Below are positions 13,435 through 27,932 of a stretch of DNA of 64,000 nucleotides, piece by piece (position 1 is the first letter of the stretch; the number at the start of each line of letters is the position of its first letter). The translations under genes and the position numbers were made by a program. Origin of the DNA: Eledone cirrhosa. Lineage: Eukaryota. The notes under the pieces are model-generated. The model made no database searches. It saw only the letters and a program-made list of their open reading frames with translations, and had not been told where the DNA came from. The DNA is taken from NCBI GenBank assembly GCA_964016885.1, contig OZ024742.1, positions 89,032,001-89,096,000 of the forward strand, written 5' to 3'.

Positions 13435-13567
13435 TGGTCGGTGACTAAACCGGGAACCCCACCAAGGCTGCTTGGTGAGGTGCGTCAATATTTGGACACC
13501 CTGCGCGATGAAAAATAGAACACGTCTAATGGGGAGAAGCTCAGGAGAATCAACGGCCAACCAATAA
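13435..13567 (+). mobile_element. RTE-related 5' fragment
   Basis: similar to 41889-42025 (gactaaac..g.aaccccaccaagg...cttggtgagg). Confidence 0.5.
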
Positions 13568-13805
13568 AGTTTTTTTTTCTTTTTTATGTGGAGTGAGACA
13601 CTTCTAGTCTTCATTAAGACATCTATCTAGGAGAAGGTCACTCTGATATGAAATCTGTGACTTCGTTGCATCTAATGATGTCAATCAGTTCTTCTTTTAG
13701 GGCAAATGCATTCGATGTTCAGTGTGTGGGATTGGCTCCGTGACAAGCCTTTCTTCACCTAAAAAAGCTTCAAACACAGTCATCGTTTGTTTCGTGACAT
13801 TTAAA

Positions 13806-13982
13806 TTGGTATATCGGTAGAGGGTTGGACGCCATGCTTTCTAGCACAGTTACGTCCCTTTACAGTCTGAGTTCAAATCCCGCCGAGGTTAACTTTGCCG
13901 TTCATCCTTACGGGGTCGATAAAATAAAGTACCAGTAATGTACTGGGTAATTGCTGTCCGTGTGCCTAAAGTAGAAACAATT
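13806..13982 (+). mobile_element. SINE family A
   Basis: full-length copy. Confidence 0.85.
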
Positions 13983-14339
13983 ATATGCAGGACTAAAATG
14001 CCACGTCCAGGATGTTCATGCTTAAGTATCAAGCGATAGGATAACTCTAAATAGAATTGCAGCCATCATATATATAAATAAATATATATATTCATATATA
14101 TATATATAAATATATATAGTGAAAGATTGAAGAATAACATGGTCGGCTGTACAGCCGACCATCTTACTCATCAATCTTTCGCTATTACTTCAATATTTCG
14201 CTATATACTACAAGAATAACCTGCATAGGAATTCTCGCGAACTCGCTACCTAACTAAGGAAACCTACGTTAAAACTATCCACAATACAAAGTACTCACAA
14301 CCTCTAACTGGATTACCTATAACGATAACTTGTTATCCC

Positions 14340-14370
<31 letters not shown>

Positions 14371-14374
14371 TTTA

Positions 14375-14606
<232 letters not shown>

Positions 14607-15212
14607 ACTTGTTTTGAACGGTAAATAAATATTTTGCAAGATTAAATGATTCAACAATTGAAAATGTCATGAGTTTAATGTTTCCCATCAGATTCGGTGG
14701 ACCATTTAAATCTTTTCTGATGTTTTCCTTTCAGAAACCCTTCATGAATATTCACTTTGCTACAAGTAAATTATAATATGTGCAATGTTTACATTACAAT
14801 GCTATAAAATGTTCCTTTATTATATGAAAATGAAACTATATAAAATGTTTTTATATATATATATACATGTTTTCATATATGAAATTGTGTTTCTATAAAG
14901 AAGCAGGCATGTAACTTGGAGTAAACTCCACTCAAAATAAAGCACGACGGAATTCTTGAATATTCAACATGTGTTTGGGAATTGATTAAAGTGCTTATAA
15001 GATATTACTTATTGTAAATGATCTTCAGATAATTTTGAAAGGCTACTCATATCATTTCATTTGTCTATGTTTTGTCGTATACACACAGATGCCTATGTTT
15101 ATGTACACAAACACACAGAATATATTGATATGCATGTAATGTAAACAGATTTTATAATATGATAAATGGTAAATATTAGAGATTAATTAATTAAGGAATA
15201 AAAAATATATAC

Positions 15213-15280
15213 CATTATTATCGAACGCATGCATGATCTCATGACCAATTATTTGTCCTACACCGCCAAAATTGATATAA
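15213..15280 (-). CDS. M13 peptidase exon with HExxH zinc-binding motif
   Basis: cgttgcag|TTAT...AATG|gtatat; 68 nt, phase 2 to 1; YINFGGVGQIIGHEIMHAFDNN(G). Confidence 0.95.
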
Positions 15281-16132
15281 CTGCAACGAAAAAAAATTAA
15301 CAATATTATACGAATTGATTTTGTTAATGTTTTTCTTGTTTTCTGAAATACTGTTAATATCTAGTTCCTGTTGGGCATTCGATAGGAAGACTAGTTAAAC
15401 TGACAATATTTTGCTTCATCGTTGTAGGTTATGATTTCAAATCTCATCGTGGCCGAGGTCGATAAAATCGTTAGCATTGATGTATAGGGTCGATCTAATG
15501 AATTCTGCGATTGCGATATTTTGGACAGCACAAGGCAATACAATGTGAGTTTAGAGAAAACATACAAAATGGGAATATAACGAAGATTATCCGAGATCCA
15601 TGCCTGTGGTATTATCTGAATATCTATTGACGTCATTCTCGTGAATAGCGAAATAACCATAAAAAACTCTTGAAAACGATTTAGAAAAACTTTAAATCGA
15701 AATTTAATCCCAAAGAGAGGAAATTGGAACATTATCAACTGAAAGTTCCTTAAACCCTGAAGAAGAACAACAACAAAAATCCCGAAGATTACCAGGTAAT
15801 TTACTTTTCGTTACCTCATCTTACAGTCCATTTTGTATTGTTTAGCCTTGCTCATTATCAAACCTCCCGGACACACCCAAATCTCTTATATATATATAGT
15901 CACACATCACAACGCAAACCTTAAATCAGTTTGACAATGGCCACCGACGAATCCGAGAAAGTTCTTCAGTAAAGTTAACCAGGAATCCTATAAACAAAAC
16001 TCCCCAACGAAGTTAACACAGAACTTACTAGGTCCACAAAACAAAATTGTAGAATTATCATATAAAATTAAATTATTTAGAACTACAAGTAAAGTAATTA
16101 TTTTCCTTTTTTCAAATATATATATATATATA

Positions 16133-16222
<90 letters not shown>

Positions 16223-16269
16223 TGTGTGAAAAGGGAATAAGGTTCTATACAAAACAGGGGCTATATAGA

Positions 16270-16998
16270 AAAGCTGGAATTGGAAATAGCACGGAAAATA
16301 TATTTAATGAGCTGTTTTTTTCTTTTTTTCTTCTTAGATTCGTCAAAGTGACATTGAAAAGATGAGATGAACAATTCTTTTAAAAAAAGGAGTTTTATAA
16401 TATATATAAAATATAACCGGTTTCGATGTATCAGTGTAAACCATCTTATAAAATGTTGAATATTACAATTAGAAATAATTAAAAAGAATTAAAAAGTAAG
16501 CGTTGAAGAGGTCTCTTCATCTTTCTTGTTGCAAAGACTCGGTCTAAAATGGAAGCTTATATCTAGAGAGAGAGGTCGTCATAGTAGAAGTAGTGGTGGT
16601 AGTTATGTCTTTTCACAGAGCACAATTATTTTTAGGAATAGTCTCAATTGTGTTAAAGGATTTAAACCAAAATTAATTATGTAATCACCCCATTAGATTA
16701 TTCATAAGGACCTATTGACTAAGCACATATACATATACAGACAAATCGATACATTTGCACACATACACACCGTGCGTTTGTATGTGTATATATATATATA
16801 TGTATGTATGTGTGTGTGTGTGTATGCACACATATACACACACACACACCCTATCCTCCCACCCACACACACACCACCACCACCAAATAAAAAAGAAATT
16901 GTTCATACATATTTTTCCAAAAATTCCTGATTGAAAGCCATCACCGATGCTTTGCTCCGTATTTTAATTTCCCACCACAAAAAGGCTTGTGACAAAGT

Positions 16999-17047
<49 letters not shown>

Positions 17048-17705
17048 AAAACAAACAAATATATATATAAATGTGTCCCCAAAAATATTTCTCTAAGTTT
17101 TGATGCCATCACACTTACAATAAGACACACACACACATATATTTATATACACACTCACACATACACACTCATATTCTCTAAAACAATATTGCTAAAGTAG
17201 AATTTATTTTGACAATCCCATTTGCCACTATTATTTACCTCTCTCCTCTATAGCAATTGTCTCTAGCTTACAATTCCCCCCTTCGCCACCCCCATTTAAA
17301 CTCTTCACGAATCCTTTAACACAATTGTGACTATTCCTACAAATAATTTTGTACTGTTAAAAGACACAATTAACACCACTACTTCTACTAATACTACTAT
17401 GACTACCCCTCTCTCTATAATTATAAGGTTCCATTTTAGACACAGTCTTCGAAGCAAAAATAGATGAACAGACCTCTTCAACACTTAATTTTTTTATTTT
17501 TTATTGTAATATTCAATATTTGATAAGATGGTTTACACTGATACATCGAAACATTTTATACATTTTATATATTTTATATACATTATAAAACACCATTTTA
17601 AAAATAATTGTTTCTCTCATTTTTTCAATAATATCTCTTTGACGAATCATAGAAGAAAAGTAGAGAAACAGATCCTTAAATATATTTTCATTGCTATTTC
17701 CAGTT
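16270..17705 (+). mobile_element. older diverged palindromic pLTR-like element
   Basis: about 16270-16665 inverted to 17308-17705; left arm retains catcGAAACCGGT (hammerhead remnant) on the reverse strand. Confidence 0.7.
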
Positions 17706-17718
17706 CCCCCCCCCCCCA

Positions 17719-17758
<40 letters not shown>

Positions 17759-18037
17759 ATATATATAAGTGGAATGGATACAAAGGAGAATATAGCGTTA
17801 AAACATGTTTATATGAAGGAGATTATAGCGTTAAAACATTTGTTATAGAGATGTTTTAACGCTATTTTCTCCTTTGTATTCATTCCACTTGTAACCGCTC
17901 TGCTTATATTCTCGCCCGCTAGATATTAACGCTTCTCATATTTAACCCTGTAGGTACAAGTATTGAGCACATTTGAACAAGCTATTGGCAACTAAATATA
18001 TGTATCGCTTATTTCTTCTCCTCTCTCTCGATACTTA

Positions 18038-18082
<45 letters not shown>

Positions 18083-18223
18083 AGAGAGTTAAACAAGATT
18101 CAATGAGTACATCAAAGAATGAGTTTTATAGTAGATTGAAAGCACTCTACAGATAGATATTGTCCAGAGTTATTAATATTAAATTCAAATATTAACAAAA
18201 TAAATGTTCTTGTGATCAATTAA

Positions 18224-18289
18224 ATTTTATTATACATATTCCAGAGGTACTTGAATCAAGTTCAATAGTACATCCTCATCAGATAGAAT
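18224..18289 (-). ncRNA. degenerate type I hammerhead
   Basis: attctat CTGATGA gga.gtac...gtac.tct GGAA tatgta TA ataaaat; GAAA changed to GGAA. Confidence 0.5.
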
Positions 18290-19122
18290 AAAATAAAATG
18301 ATACATGACATATTCTGACATGTTAGATGCTTAAGATTTAATCAAGGTAGTGATTAACTTATGAGAAAACTCAATATTTATACCCTACAAATGGGAACAT
18401 GCGAAAACGTGATAGAATCAATAGAGAGGGTGTGAGCAAGTAGAACATTGCTTTAATGTAACAGTTATATAGTTTTTAAAGTTTGAAATACTACTGTAGG
18501 ACTATAGAGCAAGACTATAGATATCTGGAGTTATAATTGTTTTAGTTTTTAGTTTGAGAATGCAAGTGATAGAGAATTAAAGAGAGAGATAAAGGGGAGT
18601 GATTATGCACAAATATTCTTCAGACACATATAAACATGTATAGCTTTGGCAGTTAAATTTCAAAATATTTAATGTATGTTATTTTAGGGTAACGAATCAA
18701 AATTTTAGGTTTTAAAAGTTGATGGTTATTTATGTTATACATTTTATAAATTTTATAAATGTGTTAACTTTCTAAAATTCAAAGTTTTATTAAAACAAAT
18801 TTAAAGGATTTACGAGGCCCGCGAAAGAAAAAAATATACTGTTCAGTATTCACGCAAAGGTAATCTTTAACAATATTACTTGTAACAGTGTCAACATTTT
18901 CCGTATGTATAGTTTATGAAGTATTTACAGTTATAATTATCAAGGAATTTATTGTTAAATAGTTATAGTGTCTAAAGTATAACAATTAAACCATAGTTTT
19001 CAGCCGTAAATATATATATATATATGCGTGCATTGATAAGAGGACTATAAATTATTATTTTTTATTATCTGTTCATATATTATATTAGAACATTACATTA
19101 GTTCAACCTTCTAGGGAAGAAT

Positions 19123-19335
19123 CGAACTCTAATTATGATTATGTTGATATACAATATAAATATATATATATTTGCACAAGCTATATATAGAGTTATACCG
19201 AACTAAAATTATGATTGTGTTATTATACATTATAAACATATTTGCACAAAACTATATACAGAGATATACCGAACTATAATTATGATTATGTTATTATACA
19301 ATATAAACATATTTGCACCAACTACATATAGAGAA
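19123..19335. repeat. minisatellite, about 70 bp x3
   Basis: gaactataattatgattatgttattatacaatataaacatatttgcac... repeated three times. Confidence 0.85.
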
Positions 19336-21084
19336 ATATACTAAGTATTAATGAGACGGTATACATTTAGTAAAGGATAACGATTATAATCTTAGATAAT
19401 AGATTCATACATGCTAACTATAAAATGATCCACATTTCAAAATAAGGTCCGTAAAAATGTACAGGTTAGTTATCAAAACTATATTTAAAACAGAGATAGA
19501 AAAATAAAGGTCTGGATCAAAGTTAATAATATCAAAAAAGTCATAGGTTATGTATATCAACCTGCCAACATGTTCTTAAATTAGTGTCATTCATTCAAAC
19601 CTTGTTTTCATTATAAATGATTAGAAGATAAAGCATTATTAAAGTTTTATAAGCCATTATGATGTATATTTTCAACAATTGATCATGTACGTCTAAAAGC
19701 CAGGCTTGGTTGGTTATTGTTTTTTCCTGACCTTATGCGAGGCTTAGAATGTAGACAAAGCATGATGAAGGCAGTTTGAGAATAATTCACTTTTTTTGTT
19801 AATTAAGTTTTCATAATTATTAATTATCAATAGGGTTTCCATTGTACAGAGAGCGCAGTTACTTGATATACTTGAGTTGCGATAAACTCCACTATTATAA
19901 AGTTTCGTCCAAAAGATAGAGTATTTTAAATTTTTGTCTTTTAATGACCATATAAGCTGTGATAAAGAAGTCGATGATTTCCTATTAGAATTCGAAAATG
20001 AGCATTTATGATTCGCAAATCTAGCCTTAAATGTAGAAGAAGTCGATCCTATGTAGTTGTATGTGTGGTAATCAGTTTTTACGGTGCATTTATACACCAA
20101 ATTCCTACCAGATGGTTGAACGTCTGAAAGTATATACTTTCCTTATGCATATTAACGGCTGAGCAGCCTAATTTGCATATCGAGTGAGTTCAGTCGGCCG
20201 GGCACACCGAAAACGATAAATGGAATAGAATGAAACGAAGTTTCATTTCTCACTCTTAGTACGGCACTTACGTAAATGTAAGTATGTATGTATGTATACG
20301 TACATACATATATGTATACAGACGTACAGTAGTATGTATATATATACATACATGCATAGTTTGAATGGCGATAAAAACAATTACTATTTATCTTTCTAGT
20401 TTTGGGATGGGCATAGTGTGCATCATGTATACCACCTTATCTTTAAAGCCACTTTTCGATAGTGCTTCCTTGTAATTGTAATATATATTTCAGCCTTGTC
20501 AAAGATATCTCTAGTGGATAATAATTTCCGACTTTTCCTCTAATTATATTTACATATTTACTAGGTTTCTAACTATAGCTAGGCGTGTTTTCAGTTTGTA
20601 TGTAGGTACACTTCTTATTCGTTAGGCTTTCTGTTGGGATAGAAGTTTTCGTTCTGTATGTGAGCATTTCGAATGTTTAAACTTTTTAAAATGTGCCTTC
20701 ATTCACTAATGAAGATTCAAATGATAGATTATATGATCCTTTACCCTCATCAAACACATTGGAACAAATTGTTCTCTACATCATTGTCTTCATCCATTTT
20801 AAGACATGTGTCTGCATAGAACATCAAAATGAAATAAAAGATGGACTTCTTCATAGCGTGATTACATGTCTATCATAAAACAAAGCTGCTAGTTTCTCTG
20901 TTTTAATCGGGTATGTTAGCATGAAACATTTATTTTAATTTGCAAATATCTTTTGCATGAATAACCTGAATATTGATATTACACTACAATAAAATGATAT
21001 ATCATCTTCAGTTATGTCTATGCAAGACATTTAATTAAATATCGTAAATGTGAAATTTGTAATAGAATAAAACCAAATACTTAC

Positions 21085-21136
21085 GCGGGGACATTAACAT
21101 CAAAGAAAGGTGGTTGAAATATACCTGCTGAAATAC
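21085..21136 (-). CDS. M13 peptidase internal exon
   Basis: cgttttag|GTATT...CCCGC|gtaagt; 52 nt, phase 1 to 2; (G)ISAGIFQPPFFDVNVP matches family AGILQPPFF. Confidence 0.93.
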
Positions 21137-22807
21137 CTAAAACGAGAAACATATATTCTATGATAAGCTGTAGAATATGAGGAATTCTGATTATATGTCA
21201 GCGTGTGGGAGAGACAAGTTAGAATGTGTGTTCAGAATTTGATAAAGGGTGAGAGGGATTATATAGATCATTGCATAGCTATGTCAGTAGCCGGTACGAA
21301 TGCATGTGTTTCTGGATTGTTATTCATCATTGATGAATTCTCTCTGGAGGCCTGCAAATATTATGGACACAGCTCATTTATCCAGACAGTAAAAGAAATG
21401 ATTTTGATTGTTGTTCAGCTACCCCCACGTGCAATATTAGAAATAAATATTTAAATGAATATTTAGAAAGAAAATGCGGTATAAGACTTAAAAGGATAGA
21501 CAACTGAAAACGTTACAAAGCAATTCAGCTATATCTAACCTACATTCAATCCTTATGTTAGAAGCTACATTGACAAATACTTTGGTCATTGCCTTGCCCC
21601 ACATGCTTCCTTATCCCCTTTTCTTTGTTTTTATAATACACCAATAATATATACTTGTTATTCCCTTTTGTATTTTAACTTCCCCACTTCTTGAGAGTGT
21701 TTGAGTAATTGCTAGAATTAGTCAACTTAATCCCTTACTTTACTGTGGCAGCAGCTTTAATCAATGTGTTTTCCATATTTTTTATCTTTTGCTTCTTACT
21801 TCTTACTTTAATCAATGTGTTTTCCATATTTTTTATCTTTTGCTTCTTACTTTTATAATTTTCCATATATTTATACCAGTAGTTGCTTTTGAGTCCCCTA
21901 CTCCTAAAATATTTTCTTTATTGTTAAAAATAGACGACCCAAACTACATCCTTACTCTCACCCAAGAGTTTCTATCAGTAAACCTGTTTGCGCCAGTCAA
22001 GCCGTCTTTTAGATATATAACGCTAATTCAAATTTGACATGGTAATATTGGTGGGATATAGCTGTAACAGGGGCGCTTATATTTCCTACTTTCACTCCTG
22101 ATAGCAGTTTACCATTCCATTTACCATTCCCCTTTCACTGAGTAAACTTTCAAACCTAATTTTTTTCCCCTCTTCATGTCACAGAAACAATATAAGTGCC
22201 CGAGATAAGATAAGTAAATAACTAATGAGCGTCGTCCAGAAAAACTGAACGAAAAATATTTACTAGTGAAAATACAACGTCTATAGGAGTTGAACACTCA
22301 GTAACATGAAATAATATTTATTAAATATTATACATTATATTTTGAGAGATTTCTTCTTTTTTTTTATTACGTTGAATTGCCAGTTACAGTAATGATCTCG
22401 AGTACACCCATTGTCTGATCTATTTCAAATCAATAAGAAATGAAGAAATGTCTTGAAACACATTTCATTCATTCTTGATTTGGAATATTTTATTCAAACT
22501 GACAAATTTCCGTCTGAAAAATTAAGAATTAATTAAATTGAATGCCATTCATTATATGTCTGATCGATTAGAGATAATCGGAGACTAAACTATAACCCAT
22601 GAGGCAGCTTCTACATGGAACGGTAGTCTGCTAAAAATAGTCTCAAAGGGTCCCACAAATTTCCCTAGTGTTTCTAAAAGAAAGGACAAGTCGGAAAATT
22701 TAGTCCGTGATATACAAGTGGAGGGTTTTAAATAACCAGTTAGACTACCGTATATGACACATACAAAAGTCAACTCTTTATGCGGTACATTTTTTATAGC
22801 TTTCAAG

Positions 22808-22874
<67 letters not shown>

Positions 22875-22878
<4 letters not shown>

Positions 22879-22879
22879 T

Positions 22880-22950
<71 letters not shown>
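22875..22950. repeat. (GATA)n microsatellite
   Basis: visible directly. Confidence 0.95.
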
Positions 22951-22953
<3 letters not shown>

Positions 22954-24109
22954 CTGTATCAGATTCTAGGCTTTATAATTGACAGTGTTCTTTTTCGGTG
23001 ACCACGTGTGCACCGTATTTCTAAAAGCAATTAAATATAAAAGGTTAAAACTTTGTAGTAAACAATTCATCTCTAGCTAGCTACCTAGCTTGTGCAAAGT
23101 TGAAATTTGACACCGATTGGTGAACTGTTCGGATATATAGATATTACAACTGCTAAAAATACTGACACTTTAGATTGCATGTAATAGTAAAACATTCTGC
23201 TGTTTGGTAAATATTCACTCTCTAATATTTTACAACCATCGGTTAGGTTTTATTTCTCATAATTCTCTTGTATTACTACAACAGATCTCCTCCTCTGCAT
23301 TTACAGCCTGTATACATCTATCAAAGCCCTTATAAATCACAGAATTTCAATTCTATTTCTTTACACAAGGAATCTGTCCCATCCATTATTGTGCACAGTT
23401 TGCCCAATCACTTGCTGTAACTTCTCTCTAATCGAATCGAAATCTAGTACGATTTTTCCCTATCTAAAGTGTCTAATTCGATGAAAAGTGAACCTAAAAA
23501 AAGGAACATAGAGATATATCATGATATATACACAATTCCCACAGCCAATAAACAGATATGTATTTAGTCGGGGAAAAAGAGGAGTGTTCAACTGCAGAAA
23601 TTCCTAAATCCATGAGACCGATTCGCTTAAATCACAGCTTAGCTGGAGTTGAATGAATATCCCTAGCTTTTATGGAGGGTATAGGAAATTAAAGGAAGGA
23701 AAATATCTAGGGAAAGATTTTGAAGTAAGACACAGCAAGTATGAAGAAAAAGAGTGTTTCGAGTACATTGTGCAGCAGTTGTGTACATCCTGGTATTTAG
23801 CGCTAGCAGAGTCCATTATCATAAGGTAAACGGGGAGGGTGTCACTGGCCATGGTCCGCGGCATTGCTTTCCCCGTCTTGTCTGCGGGGCACAGCACTTC
23901 TGCCCTCTTGCCCTAGATCCAAAACCAATCACCCCCCCCCCCCTTCACCCATCCCCTGTCTTCTGCAACACCAGAGCTCTTGCCATCCCCTACCCTTTCC
24001 TTTTCTTCTTTCTTTCTCTCTTTTTTTCTCTATATTTCCCTATTCTTTCTTTCCTTCGGTTTCCCTTTTTTATCATTGCCGTCATTATAGTTGTCTTGTT
24101 AATTTCCTA

Positions 24110-24413
24110 CCGAGGTTAACTTTGTCTTTCATCCTTACGGGGTCGATGAAATAAAGTACCAGTAATGCGCTGGGTAATTGCTGGCCTTGTGCCAAATGTA
24201 GAAACAATTATTATTATAGTTAAAGCAATGGTTTGGCAGTATCGGTAGAGCGTCAGACACCATGCTTTGCAGCATAGAGTTATGGACCTTTCTGTTCTGA
24301 GTTCAAATCTGCCGAGGTTAACTTTGCATTTCATCCTTACGGGGTCGATAAAATAAAGTACCAGTGATGCACTGAGGTAATCGCTTGCCTTGTACCAAAA
24401 GTAGAAACAATTA
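24110..24413 (+). mobile_element. two tandem SINE family A copies (partial 24110-24212, full 24232-24413)
   Basis: match to family consensus. Confidence 0.85.
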
Positions 24414-24561
24414 TAATATTTAAATAGAACATTATGAGAGCAGTGTTTGTAACTTGTTAACAAATAGACCAGAGATTCATTCTCTCTTTCTTTTTTTTCC
24501 TTTCTTATATACACGTATAAATTACAGAAAAGAGTTAAATTATATACATAATTATACATAC

Positions 24562-24620
24562 CTATTTTATTAGCTTTAAAATTATACATGGCATTCACGT
24601 CATATGAAGGAGCTAGATCT
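24562..24620 (-). CDS. M13 peptidase exon with VNAxY substrate-binding motif
   Basis: tattccag|AGAT...AATAG|gtatgt; 59 nt, phase 2 to 1; DLAPSYDVNAMYNFKANKI. Confidence 0.92.
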
Positions 24621-24867
24621 CTGGAATATATAAAACGTATATAACATTACTAAATGTTTATTACAAAATTACAACGAATATTTGATCGAATCGACTCATA
24701 TTATTGGTATTTGCTTGAACTCGCAGGAGAAAGGATAGGCAACGTTAAATACTATAGGATTGAAATTAGATTGTATAACGGTGCATAGGAATGAAATTAA
24801 ATATGAATGTAGTAGGGTTTTTTCTTTATATTTTCAAACTCAGGCATATGATTAACATTCATATAAT

Positions 24868-25000
24868 GATTGTTTCAACGTTAGGCACAACGCCAGCAAT
24901 TAAACAGTGCATTACTGGTACTTTACTTTATCGACCCTGTAAAGATGAAAGGCAAAGTTAACCTTGGCGGGATTTGAACTCGGAATGGCAAGGGCCGTAA
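24868..25000 (-). mobile_element. SINE family A, partial
   Basis: match to family consensus. Confidence 0.8.
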
Positions 25001-25245
25001 CATTCATATAATGATATGAACAGAGAAGGTAACGTAATATAACTAAATCTTACAAGTCATTCCTCTGCTGTTTTACCAGCCCTACAAACCGGTGTTTCTT
25101 CACATTAGTATTGGTTTATAATATAGGCTCAATGGAAGATAAGTTGCAAGGCTTAACAGATAATTATTTTATTGATCTAGGAAATATGAAGAAAAATGCA
25201 GCACTTTAATCTAGTACACGAAAGTAGTTATGTAAATGGTACTCT

Positions 25246-25603
25246 AATAAAAACAAACCTATATTGGCAATAGCCGTGATACCTGGACAAATTTTTAATT
25301 TGTTTCGCAATAATTAAGTGAAAGTTCCTATTCCTGTGCTCTTCTGCAGGTATCCAGAAATTGGTATGTTTCACTTCAAAATACTTAAGAAGACTGAGAG
25401 AAATGTGTTGTTGAACGCACATGTGTCACAGCGCCTTGCTCGTCCCATACTCGTGCCGCTAAAATTAGCAGCCGGTTTTATGGGACTAAAAATTAGCACA
25501 GGAATAGGAACTTTCACTTAATTGTTGCGAAACAAATTTAAAGTTTAAAATTTAAAATGTGTCCAAGTATCACGGCTATTGCCAATATAGGTTTGTTTTT
25601 ATT
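25246..25603. mobile_element. fold-back / MITE-like element
   Basis: 25246-25340 inverted to 25495-25603; non-coding spacer. Confidence 0.65.
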
Positions 25604-25793
25604 GATTTATTATTTTAAATCGAGACAGGCAAACCGTATTATTTTAATTAGTATTTTTCAATCTAGCTAATATGGTCATTTGCAATGCAAACACATGTAT
25701 ACTTGTATCAGTGTTTATCCCTATCATATATTCATTTGTATAATAAAGTATATATTTTGATTATGCGAATTTCTTTCATTTGTTAACATTTTG

Positions 25794-25860
<67 letters not shown>

Positions 25861-26462
25861 AGTATGTGTGTATTAATAGGTGTTGAGGTGCAAGTTAATT
25901 GCGTCCATCGGTGGTATGCCGAATGAGCACTCGATGTCCTTGGGGAGCAGAGTATCAATAGTTTTAATATATAAGGGAACGGGAGAATAAGTGTTGCATC
26001 ATATACATATTTAATTACATATTACATATGTTTCCCTGTCGATCAGCTCGAGGAACGATCCATTAATGATCGAACCTGACTCTGGAAGCTCCTCAGATAT
26101 GTTTTAACATGTAGTCTCGCGTCTAAGAGTAGTTGAATATTATCCCGATTCCTTCTCATATGCTACCACAAATTCTGTCATAGTGGTATTTCACCGTAAT
26201 CAGTTGTTGGTTTGTTTTCGCTCAGCTGGGGGTTTCTTATAATTTAGCAGCTATTATCTCCATCTCGGTCAAACTGTCGCACGTATCCATGCGTGTCGAT
26301 CCGTCTGTGTGACGTCCGCTGGCACATTGTTTGAAGTAAGCATTAAGGAGATAAGGCAATACAACAAGAATGCAGGGTGATGACAGTAAAGGGGTAAAGG
26401 ATTTTTTTAAATACAAAACCACACACACAGATATATGTATAATATATATATATATATATATA

Positions 26463-26689
26463 CTAGCTGAGGTACACAGCTTCGCCAGGGTTAACAAATG
26501 ATAAGAGAAGACCGGCAGAAGAGAAAACGTCTGTATTGAATGCATTGTCTGTTTACAGTGTGTGTGTGTATTGTGAGTGTGTATGTTTCTGTGTGTTTGT
26601 GTATATATATATGTGTGTGTGTGATTGTTCGTGTGTGGGTGTATATATATATGTGTGTATGTGAGAGTGTGTGTGTATATATATGTGTG

Positions 26690-26734
<45 letters not shown>

Positions 26735-27053
26735 CTGTGTGAGTGTTCGTGCGTGTGCGTGTGTGTGTGTATGTAAACCACCGTTGGAATCGGAGACATA
26801 GGCCGCAAAACACGATCATCACTGACAACGAATTCGCAGAGAGAATCCCTTATGATTGATTCCCAACCTGCTAGAAATAGCAGTCTGGTTGGTTAGCATA
26901 CGTGGTATGTCTTTCTTCTTCTTTGGTGTTATAAAATTAGTATCAATAAACTTTCCTGGATATACTCTTATCCCAATCCTGTACATACATTCCGATCGTT
27001 TTTTCGTGTGATACGCGAAGGAACCAACCAACAAACATCTCTCTTTTATATAT
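26463..27053 (-). mobile_element. non-autonomous Helitron-like element
   Basis: reverse strand ends accctggcgaagctgtgta..cagCTAG|t; 5' tatataaaag followed by ttgg repeats; organised like 46653-47557. Confidence 0.6.
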
Positions 27054-27932
27054 CTTTTATTTGTTCATTCAAAATATTTTTCAGGTAATTCTGTCGTACA
27101 GTATACATCAGCAATCGTTATCTAATGTTTAAAACATATGAATAGCTGCGATATATGCACCATATCAATCAAAAACGATATGAGAAATGAGTACCATACT
27201 AAAGCTCCAGTTAGATAGAAATGTTAATAAATACATTTGGTTTGGGTAAACTTTAAGATGTTCTTTCATTGTAGGTTTCTCTTCTTAGCCAGTGCGTTAA
27301 AGAAAATTGATAGTTACAACAATAAAGGTTGAACAGGGAACACATTTTTTAACAAACTTTACAATAATTTGTACAACCATAATGGAAATTCCAAGTAACA
27401 GAAAATACATAAATTACATTGTTAGAGCCTCAGAGTATACAATATGTTTTGTTCGGCCTTCGGCAGCAAAAATGTAGAGATTGTTTGGCGAGCTCACCCT
27501 AGAGCATCCTACATACAATTGACTATGGTTTTCCCAGATGAAGGCCAGCTACTTTTAGGGTTTGAGCGTGAGCTTTGTTGATGGTAATCTCGAAGCTTAG
27601 TCTCTCTGTAGCTCTAGTAGCATTTTTTTCTTCTGGAGAGTTTGATCTTGCGGCCAGGCTAGGACATTTTGGGTGGCATATCGGCAGTAACAATGACGAT
27701 AAGCCGTCTGTTTATATTGTGTTTATATATGTATTTGGCAACCATTCACGATGTGGCTCAATGACGAATTAATTAATAAATAATCAACAATCAGAGCAAT
27801 ATACAATAAAGTACGTCCATAGAATCATTTGATAAAATATATACACCATTTGTTTGACGATAAGCCGTTAGTTTATATTTTGATTTTGTGTATGCAAAAA
27901 ATATATGTATACGAATATATAATTATATATAT

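Larger units (their letters stand above)
18080..20106 (-). mobile_element. PLE 3' fragment: GIY-YIG ORF, 3' region, degenerate hammerhead, ending at (TA)n
   Basis: ORF 19744-20100 NLVYKC..YIGSTSSTFKARF..H..SF, CALC, LINKKSE; hammerhead-like motif on the same strand at 18224-18289. Confidence 0.75.

Noticed and set aside
20745-20811. AG/GT-bounded 67-nt segment ending FDEG, a candidate HExxH exon
   Set aside because: Stops in all three frames and wrong phase; the real exon is 15213-15280.
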